Source of the DNA: an uncultured cyanobacterium
Lineage (GTDB): Bacteria > Cyanobacteriota > Cyanobacteriia > Cyanobacteriales > CAWUOF01
DNA: 64,000 nt
Direction: 5' to 3'
Assembly (NCBI GenBank): GCA_963744145.1
Contig: CAVUSO010000001.1
Location: forward strand, 1,408,001-1,472,000
Part shown: positions 9,328 to 20,388 of the stretch, in pieces
Layout: every line of letters starts with the position of its first letter
How positions within the stretch are numbered: the stretch's first letter is position 1
Position numbers and translations under genes: made by a program
The notes under the pieces: generated by a model
What the model was told of the DNA's origin: nothing
Database searches by the model: none
What the model saw: only the letters and a program-made list of their open reading frames with translations

Positions 9328-12132
9328 TCATTGCGATCGCATAATTGATTCAAGGAATTTAATAATACCAGTATCATCAAAATCTTCTGCAAAATCAATT
9401 AAACGAGTAGCAAAAGATTGATATTCAGGGTTCAACTGTTCTAGCCGATTAGCTTCATTTATAATCATATCCACATCACCAATTCTACTAGCTTGATAAA
9501 TTTTTTCTAGTTCTGTTGTTGGTGGAAATATTATTTTTGGTTGATTTACTGCTTCTACTTCTTCATAGTTCCAAGTTAGTTGTAAATGATTGGCTAATAG
9601 ATTAAATAAATCTTGGGCATTAACTGGTTTAGCTAAGAAAGCATCACCACCCGAATCTAGACTCATTTGTTGATCTACTTGTGCTACTGAAGCTGAGGAA
9701 ACGAATACTTTTAAATGCTTTAAATTTTCATCATTTCGTAATTGTTTAAGAAATTCAAACCCATCCATTACGGGCATTGCTAAATCTGTAATTACTAAAT
9801 CGGGTAGATTTTCCCGGATTTTCTTTAAGCCGATTTGTCCGTTTTCAGCATCAATCACTCCAAAACCAATTGGGGATAATAAATTGACAATTACTGCTCG
9901 ATTTTCCCAGCGATCGTCTACAACTAATATTTGTTTTTTATTCCCATTATAACTAATAATATTTCCAGCCTTACTGGTTGGTCGCTGTGCCCGTTCGACC
10001 TGTAATGGTAGTTCGACTTCAAAAAAGAATTTACTCCCAACTCCCAAGGTACTCTCAACTTTAATTTCTCCCCCCATCATCTGCACAATTTGCTGACTAA
10101 TTGCTAATCCTAATCCGGTTCCTTCTGCTTGACGAGTACGATCGCCTACTTGTTGAAATGCTTGGAATAGTTTTTGAATATTTTCCGCACTAATCCCAAC
10201 TCCCGTATCTGTAATCGAAAAGCGTAGGTAAGTAAATAGATTCGGATTAGTATTTGAGTTTAATTGTTCAACTTTAAGAGTAACACTACCTTGATCAGTA
10301 AATTTAATCGCATTACCTAAGAGATTAATTAATACCTGACGTAACCTTTTCTCATCAGCAATAATACCATGAGGTAAATTAGGATCTGGTAGATAATAAA
10401 AATCGATCGCTTTTTGTTGGGCACGAATTTGGGAGATTTCCACAACTCCTTGGATTAGAGATGGTAAGTGAATCGCATTAGGAACAAGCTCAACTTTACG
10501 AGCTTCAATTTTAGCTATGTCCAGAACATCATTAATTAAAGTCAGTAAATGAGACCCACATTCGTGAATAATATTGACTTGATGTTTTTCTTTCTCAGGA
10601 ATAGTTTTGGAACGTCCCAGAATTTCGGCATACCCTAAAATACCATTCAATGGTGTTCTTAGTTCGTGACTCATATTAGCCAGAAATTCACTTTTAGCTT
10701 GATTAGCACTATCCGCTAATTGTTTAGCTTGTTTGAGTTCGGTGGTACGTTCTTCAACTCGTTTTTCCAGTTCGATATTGGTATTTTCGAGGAAACTGAA
10801 AGCAGCTTGGAGTTGACTACTCATTTCATTGAAAGTTTGTCCTAGTTGATCTAGCTCTTTAATGTTTTCTGGTTGGATTTGTTGGTCAAGATTACCTCTA
10901 GTGATTTCTTCGGATGCTTTATTTAAACGGGCAATAGGTTGTAAAATCCATCGGGATGTATAGATACCAGAGTTTACTGCTATAATTAAAGCCAAGATAC
11001 ATAGAAAAATAGTAGTACGAGAGTTGGCATTAATTCGCTCCATAAAATCAGATTCAGGTACCACCACTACAATGAGCCAATCCAACCCAAATTTATCTTT
11101 AAACGGTAGTACCTGAAGAAAGTTGCGTTGACCATCTTTGGTAAATTCAAGTTGCTGGTCGTGGTTGATTTTGCCGATTTCGCCAAATTCGGAGGTTAAA
11201 TATTGACTAGCTTGATTAATCAACGCATCATTAGTTTCTTGGGGTTTAAGTCGCTGGAAAGTTTTTTGACCAATAGACTGCTGACTACTTAGAAAAAGGA
11301 TTGGTTTTGCTTGAGAACTTGCTACTAATTTTTCATCTCTTTCCACAATAAAAACTTTTCCTGACTTTCCCACTTGTAGACTTTGTAAAAATTTACTGAT
11401 CTCTAAAAGATAAAGATTAACAGAAAAAATGCCTAATTGGTGATTATTTTTATCAAATATGGGACGATAGGCGCTAATAGCAAGAGTTTCATTATTACCA
11501 ATTGGAAAAATTTCACTCCATCCTGGTTGGGTCGTTTTTAGTCCTTTTTTATACCAGCTCTTTGTCCTCAGATCATAGTTGGGTGTTGTCTCCAAAAAAT
11601 TGATTCGATTACCATCTTGGTCTACAGAATAGTCAGAATATTGATTGGGAGAAGAGTGATCTGATATGGAAATACGCACTTGTTTATTTTTCGTATGAAT
11701 CCCTCTCATATCTCTCTGTAAATTAGCAAATAAAATATAACTTACCGTCGAGTTAACTTCTAATAGTTGAAAGTAGAGATGACGCTCTATAGCTGAGAAG
11801 TCTTGTAAATCTAATTTACCCAGACGAACATCATTCGCACTAATAAGATTAATCAAATGAGGGGTAGCTAAATAGGTATTGAGATACTGCTTAACCCTTG
11901 CACCAATCTCAGTTTGTAGCTGATTCGCCACATCATTAACTGTCTTTTGTCCGTTCAGTAAAGACAACCATCCGGTCAATCCAACCGCAGCAAATATTTG
12001 GATAATAAATGGTGCAATTAGGATTAATCTTAGAGGGATTGAATGGATATTCGGCGATCGCTTAGTCGAGTCTGGTTTTTTAACTTTCACCAGATCCGAT
12101 GTACTAGCTTTGGCTGATTGTTTAGTTACCAT
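9328..12132 (-). CDS. Membrane hybrid sensor His kinase (TM-Cache-TM-HAMP-HisKA-HATPase-REC)
   Basis: LRLILIAPFIIQIFAAVGLTGWLS TM; GLDWLIVVVVPESDFM; HAMP; MSHELRTPLNG; NLLGNAIKFT; receiver PDLVITDLAMPVMDG with intact Asp. Confidence 0.93.
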   Translation of the reverse strand: MVTKQSAKASTSDLVKVKKPDSTKRSPNIHSIPLRLILIAPFIIQIFAAVGLTGWLSLLNGQKTVNDVANQLQTEIGARVKQYLNTYLATPHLINLISANDVRLGKLDLQDFSAIERHLYFQLLEVNSTVSYILFANLQRDMRGIHTKNKQVRISISDHSSPNQYSDYSVDQDGNRINFLETTPNYDLRTKSWYKKGLKTTQPGWSEIFPIGNNETLAISAYRPIFDKNNHQLGIFSVNLYLLEISKFLQSLQVGKSGKVFIVERDEKLVASSQAKPILFLSSQQSIGQKTFQRLKPQETNDALINQASQYLTSEFGEIGKINHDQQLEFTKDGQRNFLQVLPFKDKFGLDWLIVVVVPESDFMERINANSRTTIFLCILALIIAVNSGIYTSRWILQPIARLNKASEEITRGNLDQQIQPENIKELDQLGQTFNEMSSQLQAAFSFLENTNIELEKRVEERTTELKQAKQLADSANQAKSEFLANMSHELRTPLNGILGYAEILGRSKTIPEKEKHQVNIIHECGSHLLTLINDVLDIAKIEARKVELVPNAIHLPSLIQGVVEISQIRAQQKAIDFYYLPDPNLPHGIIADEKRLRQVLINLLGNAIKFTDQGSVTLKVEQLNSNTNPNLFTYLRFSITDTGVGISAENIQKLFQAFQQVGDRTRQAEGTGLGLAISQQIVQMMGGEIKVESTLGVGSKFFFEVELPLQVERAQRPTSKAGNIISYNGNKKQILVVDDRWENRAVIVNLLSPIGFGVIDAENGQIGLKKIRENLPDLVITDLAMPVMDGFEFLKQLRNDENLKHLKVFVSSASVAQVDQQMSLDSGGDAFLAKPVNAQDLFNLLANHLQLTWNYEEVEAVNQPKIIFPPTTELEKIYQASRIGDVDMIINEANRLEQLNPEYQSFATRLIDFAEDFDDTGIIKFLESIMRSQ

Positions 12133-12522
12133 TGTGGTTTTTGTGGGGAGCCTTTATGGCTAGAATACACTAAGACTTGATCTGAGAGTGATCGAGCCAG
12201 ATCTTGTAGAGGATTTAATTAATCCGATCGCTTTTTCCTAAATTCTTGATCCCATCAGTATAAATCCGAAGATTAATTCTAATACCATAGGTTAAGAATT
12301 ATTGCTTCAGTGAAAATACGGAATCAAGCTCGTGATAAGCTTGAGCCACAAAGGCAGAAAAGCATGATCCTTAAATAAAAATATGGCTTTCAAGAATGCC
12401 GGACAAGTCTTGGTAGGGTATGGGGGAAGTTAAGTCAATCAATTGAGTGACAAAAATACCACGAATCATCGTTGTTATAGCTCATTTCTCAGTCTAATCA
12501 AACACTCATCGAAGGATAGTCT

Positions 12523-13714
12523 ATGAACGAAGCTTACATTGTTTCAGCAGTACGGACCCCCATAGGTCGTTTTGGCGGTGCCCTAGCCGAATTATCCCCT
12601 GCGGATCTCGGCGCACACGCGATAAAAGCAGCTTTAGATAAGGCCGAATCTACCAGCGTCAGCACTGGAATTATATATTTTTGGTAATGTCTTGGGGGCA
12701 GGACATGGACAATTAGTCCCTCGTCAAGCAGCACTTAAAGCTGGAATTCCTGCTGAGATTGATGGTTATCGGGTAGATATGGTCTGCTCTTCTGGGATGA
12801 TGAGTGTGATTAATGCTGCTAGAACGATCAGTGCTGGGGATGCAGATCTAGTCTTAGCTGGTGGGATAGAATCTATGTCTCAAACGGGATTTTATCTATC
12901 CCATCGGGCCCGTTGGGGATATAAATTTCTGTTAGGTGCTCCAGAGCAGTTAAATGATCTCGTCTTGAATGATGGACTGACTGATGCGACCACCGGTGAA
13001 GTCATGGGTATTCAAGTTGATCGTCTCTCTGTTGACCGTGGAGTCACTCGAGATGAATTAGATGCTGTAGCGGTAGAATCCCATCTCCGCGCTGCCGCAG
13101 CCACCGAAAAAGGCTATTTCAAAAATGAGATTGCACCGATCAAAATTACTGTCAAAAAAGAAACCAAAGTAATTGATACGGATGAAGGTATCCGTCCTGA
13201 TAGCAGTGCCGCTAGTTTAGGAAAATTACGTCCAGCATTCAACTCTGATGGTATACTTACTGCTGGTAACAGTAGTCAAATTTCTGATGGAGCCGCAGCC
13301 CTGATTTTAGCTAGTGAGAAAGCAATTAAAGAATATGGACTCAAACCGATCGCTAAGGTCTTAGGAGGAAGTTGGGCTGGTGGAGTAACCTGGCGTTTCC
13401 CTGAATATACAGTCCATGCCACGAAAAAACTGCTGAACCAGCTCAAAATGCAGATCAGTGATTTCGATCTGTTTGAAAATAATGAAGCGTTCGCCCTCAA
13501 TAACATCCTGTTTGAAAGGGATTTAGAGGTCGCCCACGATCGCCAAAATATCTATGGTGGGGCGATCGCCCTCGGACACCCCATTGGTGCATCCGGAGCG
13601 CGGGTAATTGTCACCCTGATCAATGCTTTATCCACAGAGAATAAAGCTCGAGGTTTAGCGGCAATTTGTCATGGGACTGGTGGGGGTACTGCCTTTGCCA
13701 TCGAACGAGTTTAA
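12523..13714 (+). pseudogene. phaA: Acetyl-CoA acetyltransferase PhaA with a +1 frameshift near 12644 (real lesion or assembly error)
   Basis: ATG 12523 gives MNEAYIVSAVRTPIGRFGGAL...AALDKA. Removing one C at 12644-12645 continues as NLPASALELYIFGNVLGAGHGQ into the 12692-13714 ORF. Thiolase motifs VCSSG, NEAF, GHPIGASG, CHGTGG are present. Confidence 0.9.
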
Positions 13715-13784
13715 ACCATAATTTGGAGTCAATTGAAATCAATTTTGACTCTTCAACCATTGAGATAGGAGTGCAGAAGTTATT

Positions 13785-14501
13785 ATGGTATCCTTGGGAT
13801 TAGAAGATAAAGTCATTGTTGTCACTGGTGGCAATCGGGGGATAGGTGCCGCAATGGTTTCCTTATTCACCGATTTAGGGGCAAAGGTAGCTTATACAGA
13901 TATTGCGATCGATAACACCAAAGGCTTAGGAGTTAAAGCTGATGTTACCGATCTCGCTTCGATGGAAGCAGCAGGAAAAGAGATCGTCGAAAAACTCGGA
14001 CCTGTTTATGGGGTAGTTGCTAATGCTGGAATTACCCGGGATGACTTTTTTAATAAGCTCACTCCTGAAGCTTGGGATGTAGTGATTAATGTCAACCTCA
14101 AAGGGGTGGTAAATACCATTAAACCCTTTATTCAGGGAATGTATGACCAAAACCAAGGTTCGATCATTGCGATTAGTTCCATTACTGGTGAACGTGGTAA
14201 TGCGGGACAGACTAACTATGGTGCTACCAAAGCCGCGGTGATTGGGATCATTAAATCCTTAGCCCGGGAAGGCGCGCGTTATAATGTACGTGCCAATGCG
14301 ATCGCTCCTGGTTTTATCAATACAGAAATGACGAAAGCCGTTCCGGATAAAGTCAAAGAGAAAATTTACACGGAAATTCCTTTCCGTCGTTTTGGTGAAC
14401 CAGAAGATATCGCTTGGGCTGCTGCTTATCTCTTATCTCCAGTTGCTAGCAATTACGTTTCTGGACAAGTTCTCCGAGTTAATGGTGCCCACCATACCTA
14501 A
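13785..14501 (+). CDS. phaB: Acetoacetyl-CoA reductase PhaB (SDR)
   Basis: TGGNRGIG, ANAGITRD, GQTNYGATK (YxxxK), ends NGAHHT as in cyanobacterial PhaB; lies between phaA and phaE. Confidence 0.92.
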   Translation: MVSLGLEDKVIVVTGGNRGIGAAMVSLFTDLGAKVAYTDIAIDNTKGLGVKADVTDLASMEAAGKEIVEKLGPVYGVVANAGITRDDFFNKLTPEAWDVVINVNLKGVVNTIKPFIQGMYDQNQGSIIAISSITGERGNAGQTNYGATKAAVIGIIKSLAREGARYNVRANAIAPGFINTEMTKAVPDKVKEKIYTEIPFRRFGEPEDIAWAAAYLLSPVASNYVSGQVLRVNGAHHT

Positions 14502-14546
14502 AGTGGCAAAAAAACCTTAAGTCAAGGAAATTTTCCTAAACCCAAT

Positions 14547-14596
14547 TCATGGTTCAAGATTGATGATAATGTTGACTCGCAATCTCAGAACCATGA
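14547..14596 (+). other. Intercistronic stem-loop between phaB and phaE
   Basis: TCATGGTTC(AAGATTG)...(CAATCTCA)GAACCATGA inverted repeat. Confidence 0.45.
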
Positions 14597-14617
14597 GTTC
14601 AATGACTATCAATCTGA

Positions 14618-15634
14618 ATGGAGGGAAAAATGGCCAGTTCTGATGTGAATAAAGATTGGACTGATATCGCTAGTGAGGTAGTCGGTCGATGGACAGAAAC
14701 CAGCACTTTAATGTGGAAAAACTGGTTTGATTTAATGAGTTTAGTCCCGACAGAAATCGCTAGCACTGAGACTGTTCCTGAATTGAAAGATGTGAGTAAA
14801 AAATTTTTAGGGAATCGGGAATTAGCGATCGATTTTCTCCAACTATCTATCGATGCTTGGAAAAGTATTTTGCCCCAAGTTAAAGCCGGAGATGACTGGC
14901 AACATACTTTAAACAAATCGATTGAAAAAATGCGAGAGCAGTTCAATAAATTCTCTTTGGGAGCGATCAGAATCGGTCAGGATTCTACCGAATTATGGGA
15001 AGTTTATCTCCAGCAAATGCAGAAATTTAACCAGCTTTGGGTATCTTCCTGGGGATTTACAGAACTTTTGGGTCAAGCCTCAACTGGCAAAAGTTCTGCT
15101 TTAATTGAGATGAATAATCTTTACTGGGATTTGCTCTACAATAAAGGTTTTGGCTCTTTGATGCAAACGCCTTCTCTCGGACTGTCCAGAGAGATTAACG
15201 GCAAAGTCATGGACAATTTTGAGAGTTGGCGTCATCTCTACCAAGCGAGTGCTGACTATCAGGTGGTTTTAGGGGAGATTCAAGTTAAATCCTTTGAAGC
15301 TTTGATCAGAAAGCTAGTTCTCTTAACTGAGGAAGGAAAAACTGTCAAAGACTGGCGCGAGTTTCAAACTATTTGGAGTGAAGTCGCTGATCAGGTTTTT
15401 GAAAATGCTTTTTTTCATGAAAAAAATCTCAAAATTCGAGGTAAATTCTTAAATGCGTTGAATTCTTATCGCATTAAAGAACAAGAATTAAAGGAAGTTT
15501 ATCTGAAAATGATGAATGTACCATTGCGAAGTGAAGTGGATGAAATTCACCAGACTATCTATGAGTTACGCAAGGAAGTTAAGCGGCTCAAAAAAATAGT
15601 AGGAAGTTCGGAAAGTAATTCCGTTATGGGTTAG
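14618..15634 (+). CDS. phaE: Class III PHA synthase subunit PhaE
   Basis: GLSREING, WREFQTIWSEVAD, C-terminal PLRSEVDEIHQTIYELRKEVK PhaE signature; directly upstream of phaC. Confidence 0.92.
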   Translation: MEGKMASSDVNKDWTDIASEVVGRWTETSTLMWKNWFDLMSLVPTEIASTETVPELKDVSKKFLGNRELAIDFLQLSIDAWKSILPQVKAGDDWQHTLNKSIEKMREQFNKFSLGAIRIGQDSTELWEVYLQQMQKFNQLWVSSWGFTELLGQASTGKSSALIEMNNLYWDLLYNKGFGSLMQTPSLGLSREINGKVMDNFESWRHLYQASADYQVVLGEIQVKSFEALIRKLVLLTEEGKTVKDWREFQTIWSEVADQVFENAFFHEKNLKIRGKFLNALNSYRIKEQELKEVYLKMMNVPLRSEVDEIHQTIYELRKEVKRLKKIVGSSESNSVMG

Positions 15635-15789
15635 ATCATTAGTAGCGAGAAGTTGGAGATGCTCAAGAGAGATTACTGATGCTCAACCCAGGATTGTTAG
15701 CCAATTCCCTATCTCTACAGTTAACCGGGAATAATTATGACTAACACTCACAAGTTCTAACCTTACCTTTAGGGAGTAACGTCAAAGCT

Positions 15790-16882
15790 ATGCTACCTTT
15801 TTTAACTCAAATCCAATTGGAAGATGTTGCCCATGAATATCTGGAGATCACTAAGAAAATGATCAAAGGAATGGACAATTTAAGCCAACTCCGCGAAGAA
15901 GATATTGAAAGCGGTGTCTCACCGAAAGAAATTGTTTATCAAGAAGATAAAGTTGTTCTTTATCGGTTTAAATCAGAAGTTAGGAATGTGTCTGTTCCTT
16001 TATTGATGGTTTACGCTTTGGTAAATCGTCCTTTTATGGTAAGATCTGGAAGAAGGCAAATCTTTAGTAGCTAATTTGCTGAAATTGGGGTTAGATGTCT
16101 ATTTAATTGATTGGGGTTATCCCAGTCGAGCCGATCGCTGGTTGACCTTAGATGATTATATCAATGGTTATATCAACAATTGTGTTGATTTCCTGCGTGA
16201 GCGATATCAAATAGACAAAATTAATATGTTGGGGATCTGTCAAGGAGGTACATTTAGTACCTGTTACAGTTCTCTTTATCCCGAAAAGGTCAAAAACCTG
16301 ATTACGATGGTTGCTCCCTTTGATTTTTATCAACCAAAAACCTTGTTAAATATGAGGGGGGGCTGTTCTTTAGGTCCTGAAGCGATCGATGTGGATCTCA
16401 TGGTTGATGCTTTAGGAAATGTCCCAGGAGATTTTCTCAATTTAGAGTTTTTGATGCTCAAACCACTTCAGTTAGGTTATCAGAAGTATCTGAGTTTTCC
16501 TGATCTGCTGGAAAGTAGAGAGAAACTTACTAGTTTCATGCGGATGGAGAAGTGGATTTTTGATAGTCCGGATCAAGCGGGAGAAACCTATCGTCAGTTT
16601 ATGAAAGATTTCTATCAACAGAATAAACTGATCAAAGGAGAGGTGATGATTGGGGATAAACGGGTGGATTTAAAAAATGTTACTATGCCCGTTTTGAATC
16701 TTTATGCTGAGAAGGATCATTTAGTCCATCCAGTTTCTTCCCTAGCTCTGCAAAAATATATATCTTCTACAGATTATACTGCTCAAGGATTTCCAGTTGG
16801 ACATATTGGGATGTATGTCAGTGGAAAAGTCCAACGGGATTTACCTCCGACGATTGTGAATTGGTTGAGACAAAGATGCTGA
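15790..16882 (+). pseudogene. phaC: Class III PHA synthase PhaC with a +1 frameshift at 16041-16042 (real lesion or assembly error)
   Basis: ORFs 15790-16074 and 16076-16882 join if one A is removed: [35 protein letters not shown]. Lipase box GICQGG, EKDHLV and GHIG are present. Confidence 0.92.
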
Positions 16883-16913
16883 TCTCGATCGCTAGATTTG
16901 GTTAGATCATAGC

Positions 16914-16950
16914 AAAAATCCCTCAGTAGTTAGAGCTGAGGGATTTAATT
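16914..16950. terminator. Intrinsic terminator between convergent phaC and phaP
   Basis: AAATCCCTCAG-tagttagag-CTGAGGGATTT hairpin with A/T runs on both sides. Confidence 0.7.
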
Positions 16951-16999
16951 ATGCAGAAATTCAATCTAGTTGAACGCAACTTTATTGATGATTCTATTT

Positions 17000-17133
17000 C
17001 AATACGGTTCAGTTAAGGATATTTTGGGAGATATCGGCGAAGAAGGGTGAAGCATTCGGATATAAATTACTTCGTTTAAGTGATAAATTATCGCTAAACA
17101 TGCTTCACCCCTACGCTTAACTGAACCGGATTG
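17000..17133. mobile_element. MITE (134 bp) with CAATACGGTTCAGTTAA terminal inverted repeats and an internal REP-type hairpin
   Basis: TIR CAATACGGTTCAGTTAA...TTAACTGAACCGGATTG; flanks GATTCTATTT/GATACTATTT (9/10 TSD); internal GGGTGAAGCAT...ATGCTTCACCCCTAC. Confidence 0.85.
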
Positions 17134-17137
17134 GATA

Positions 17138-17392
17138 CTATTTACCTGTTTTCCGCATTAGCTCAAAATAACCTTCCCAAAATTTCTTTTGTGTTTCCAG
17201 GGAAAGCTTAATTGCTGTTTCTTGTGCTTGTAGGTACTGACTGACTACTTCTTCTTGCGCTTCGATTCCTTTACCTAGATCTGGCGTTTTGGGACTAGCA
17301 GAACTGGAAACGCTAGAGAGCCATGTCTCAAAAAATTTCTTTTGCCACTCGTTAAGTTGATTTTGGTAGTCGTCAAAAATTTTGTTACTCAT
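17138..17392 (-). CDS. phaP: Cyanobacterial phasin PhaP (Ssl2501-like)
   Basis: FDDYQNQLNEWQKKFFETW...QEEVVSQYLQAQE...QKKFWEGYF resembles Synechocystis PhaP; adjacent to phaEC; SD-like AGGAG upstream. Confidence 0.85.
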   Translation of the reverse strand: MSNKIFDDYQNQLNEWQKKFFETWLSSVSSSASPKTPDLGKGIEAQEEVVSQYLQAQETAIKLSLETQKKFWEGYFELMRKTGK

Positions 17393-17647
17393 AAAATTCT
17401 CCTGTTAGATCCCCCATTAACTGAATGAGGAAAAAGAATGGCATTATATACCATTTCCTTAGTTTCAAGTCTCAGTTTTTCTTGTGGATAGGAAACCTGA
17501 GCTAAACCCTATCAAATTATTTTTGGTTGTTTTTTCCACTTTCTTGATAATAGCAAATTTTTTAAATATTATCTTGATTTTAATGTTAAAAAATGCTAAT
17601 ATCAATTTATGATATAATTGTGTTTGATTAATCATCTGTATAGGTAG

Positions 17648-17911
17648 ATGATGCTGAATCAACCAATTAACCAAATAATCGTTCTTGACCGATCACCTCA
17701 TGGATCGGTCAACTTGAAAATATTTTCGCCTGACTTAAATAATCAGGATAATAATTTTAATGCTCAGGAACATAAATCTGAAGCAAAAATTCATCTTTTC
17801 CGTTTAAGTGACTGGATTGGGGATGGTCCAGCTTTATTTTTATGGGGATCTTTGTGGTTTATTCCACTTTTATTTATAGCCATTTTTCTCTGGCGTCGCC
17901 GCCGAAATTAA
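17648..17911 (+). CDS. Possible small membrane protein (C-terminal TM helix plus RRRRN tail)
   Basis: Hydrophobic ALFLWGSLWFIPLLFIAIFLW followed by basic residues; no recognised family. Confidence 0.35.
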   Translation: MMLNQPINQIIVLDRSPHGSVNLKIFSPDLNNQDNNFNAQEHKSEAKIHLFRLSDWIGDGPALFLWGSLWFIPLLFIAIFLWRRRRN

Positions 17912-18209
17912 AATATAATTAAAAGGGTAAGTAGGGCAAGCTGGGGTCAGAAAAGTTTAATGATTATTGAACATTTTTGGGAACATTTTTCGGTTATACT
18001 GGCGAAGTCTGTGCCGATGAATTAGCCGACCATTTGACCAGAGAGCTGTCTATCCCCATTACGCCCAAATTTTAGCTGTAATCTAAATCACATCAATATT
18101 CGCAACATCATCACAAAGTTTTAAAACTAACGTCACTCATGGATTCAGGAATAAGGCTGATACTAAATGTATCGCAATAAACATACTTTTAAATCGGCCA
18201 GGGTGAATT

Positions 18210-18431
18210 ATGATTCGTAAAGTTGTCCAACAGATTTTCCAAAATGGCTACATCACGATCGAAGCAGAACAGCAACTAAAGTTACTATTTGAAAATGGTT
18301 GTGATTTAGAAGACTTGGATGCTCTGACTGATTTACAACAAGCTGTGATGTATGGTCATATTAAACGAGTATCTCGTCATAAGCGGGAATGCAACTATAT
18401 GAAGCAACCAGTCGGTTTATTGTCAAGATAA
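18210..18431 (+). CDS. Conserved small cyanobacterial hypothetical protein
   Basis: IRKVVQQIFQNGYITIEAEQQL...DLEDLDALTDLQQAVMYG resembles a recurrent cyanobacterial ~70-aa family. Confidence 0.7.
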   Translation: MIRKVVQQIFQNGYITIEAEQQLKLLFENGCDLEDLDALTDLQQAVMYGHIKRVSRHKRECNYMKQPVGLLSR

Positions 18432-18451
18432 GTGAGGGCGATCGCCCTCAC
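18432..18451. terminator. Perfect 20-bp palindrome centred on a HIP1 site between convergent genes
   Basis: GTGAGGGCGATCGCCCTCAC. Confidence 0.6.
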
Positions 18452-18476
18452 CTTAAGTTCCATCAACCAGAATATT

Positions 18477-20264
18477 TTATATTTTCGGCTTATAAGTAGA
18501 ACTGACATGAAGCTCCTTCAACTGTTTATCATCCACATAAGAAGGAGCATTAGTTAATAAACAACGAGCCTGTTGTGTTTTGGGAAAAGCAATGACATCC
18601 CGAATGGATTCTTCACCTGCTAATAACATGACTAACCGATCTAACCCATAAGCGATCCCACCATGGGGAGGTGTACCATATTCAAATGCTTCGAGGAGAA
18701 AACCAAACTTTTGGTCAGCTTCCTCTGGAGATAACCCAATCAGCTCAAATACTTGTTCTTGCAATTCTGCTTGATAAATCCGTAAACTACCACCACCCAC
18801 TTCATAACCGTTATAAATTAAGTCATAAGCTTGAGCGCGAGCAGTTTTGAGATCCCCAAGATCATCTGGATGGGGAGCAGTAAAGGGATGGTGCAGAGCT
18901 TCGAGTCGTTTTTCTTCTGCATTCCATTCAAACATCGGAAAATCTGTTACCCAGAGTAGATTAATTTTATTTGAGTCAATTAACCCTAATTCCTTACCTA
19001 CTAATAGACGTAACCGATCTAAAGTTTTATTGACAACATCAGGAAGTCCAGCACCAAATAGCAACAAATGTCCAGCTTTTGCCCCAGTCCGAGTCAATAA
19101 TTCTTGTTTATCTGCTTCAGTGAGACTATCTTTAATCGCACCGATCGTGTCAATTTCCCCATCATCCCGGACTCGAATATATGCTAAACCCTTAGCACCC
19201 ATTTCCGTTGCAGCTTGAAATAAATCTCCACCTGGTTTAATCCGGACATTAGAAATCGCCGCATTACCTGTAGGAATAGGAAGGATTTTCACGATCCCCC
19301 CTGATGCGATCGCGCCAGAAAAGACTTTAAATGTAGAATCTTTCATTAAATCCGAAACATCTACCAATTCCAACCCAAAGCGAGTATCTGGTTTATCGCT
19401 ACCATATTTACTCATTGCTGCTTTGTAGGTGAGACGGGGAAAAGGTCGAGGTAAGTCAATTCCCTTGACAGATTGAAATATCTGTGCTACTAAATTTTCA
19501 TTTAATTCCAGAATTTCAGCCTGAGACATGAAACTCATTTCCATATCCAGTTGAGTAAATTCCGGTTGTCGATCAGCCCGTAAATCTTCATCACGGAAGC
19601 AACGAGCAATTTGGTAATAGCGGTCAAATCCAGACACCATCAGCAATTGTTTAAATAGCTGGGGAGATTGGGGCAGAGCAAACCATTCACCAGCATTAAC
19701 TCGACTGGGTAAGATATAATCTCGGGCACCTTCAGGAGTGGAACGAGTCAGAACTGGGGTTTCGACTTCAATGAAATTTTCTTGGTCTTCAAGATAGCGA
19801 CGGATCGCTTTGACAACTTGGTGACGCAATTGCAGATTTTGACTCATGCGATCGCGTCGTAAATCTAAATAGCGATATTTGAGACGCAATTCTTCCCGCA
19901 CAGGTTCGTTTTCGGATGTGGCTACTTGAAAGGGTAACTGTTTCCGCACTGAGTTCAGTAACTCAATTTGGTCAGCATAGATTTCCACTTCACCAGTAGC
20001 AATGCGGGGATTAAGAGATGCTTCAGGACGTTGCGTTACCCGACCCGTGATTTTCACCACATATTCACTGCGAAGCTTTTCCGCTTGTGTATAGGAATCG
20101 GGGGTGCGAACTGGGTCACTGACAATTTGCACCACCCCAGTGCGATCGCGCAAATCCAAGAATATTACTCCCCCATGATCCCGACGACGGTCAACCCATC
20201 CGCAGATAGTGACACTTTCTCCAATCTGTTTGCTGAGGAGTTGACCGCAATAGTAGCTTCGCAT
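18477..20264 (-). CDS. aspS: Aspartate--tRNA ligase
   Basis: MRSYYCG...[33 protein letters not shown], motif 2 [18 protein letters not shown], motif 3 [13 protein letters not shown]. Start moved to ATG 20264. Confidence 0.97.
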   Translation of the reverse strand: MRSYYCGQLLSKQIGESVTICGWVDRRRDHGGVIFLDLRDRTGVVQIVSDPVRTPDSYTQAEKLRSEYVVKITGRVTQRPEASLNPRIATGEVEIYADQIELLNSVRKQLPFQVATSENEPVREELRLKYRYLDLRRDRMSQNLQLRHQVVKAIRRYLEDQENFIEVETPVLTRSTPEGARDYILPSRVNAGEWFALPQSPQLFKQLLMVSGFDRYYQIARCFRDEDLRADRQPEFTQLDMEMSFMSQAEILELNENLVAQIFQSVKGIDLPRPFPRLTYKAAMSKYGSDKPDTRFGLELVDVSDLMKDSTFKVFSGAIASGGIVKILPIPTGNAAISNVRIKPGGDLFQAATEMGAKGLAYIRVRDDGEIDTIGAIKDSLTEADKQELLTRTGAKAGHLLLFGAGLPDVVNKTLDRLRLLVGKELGLIDSNKINLLWVTDFPMFEWNAEEKRLEALHHPFTAPHPDDLGDLKTARAQAYDLIYNGYEVGGGSLRIYQAELQEQVFELIGLSPEEADQKFGFLLEAFEYGTPPHGGIAYGLDRLVMLLAGEESIRDVIAFPKTQQARCLLTNAPSYVDDKQLKELHVSSTYKPKI

Positions 20265-20388
20265 GTTAAAAAAAAATAGAACGGTGGAATGAATTATGTT
20301 AACGCCGATATTTGCTATAAATACTGGCGTTTTCATTATGCAACATGATGGATGATCATTGAACAAAAGTTCGCTGGGTCTAATCACC

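Noticed and set aside
18078..18182. NtcA-like GT-N10-AC matches upstream of the 73-aa gene
   Set aside because: Only degenerate matches in AT-rich DNA, with no supporting promoter geometry or known regulon link.
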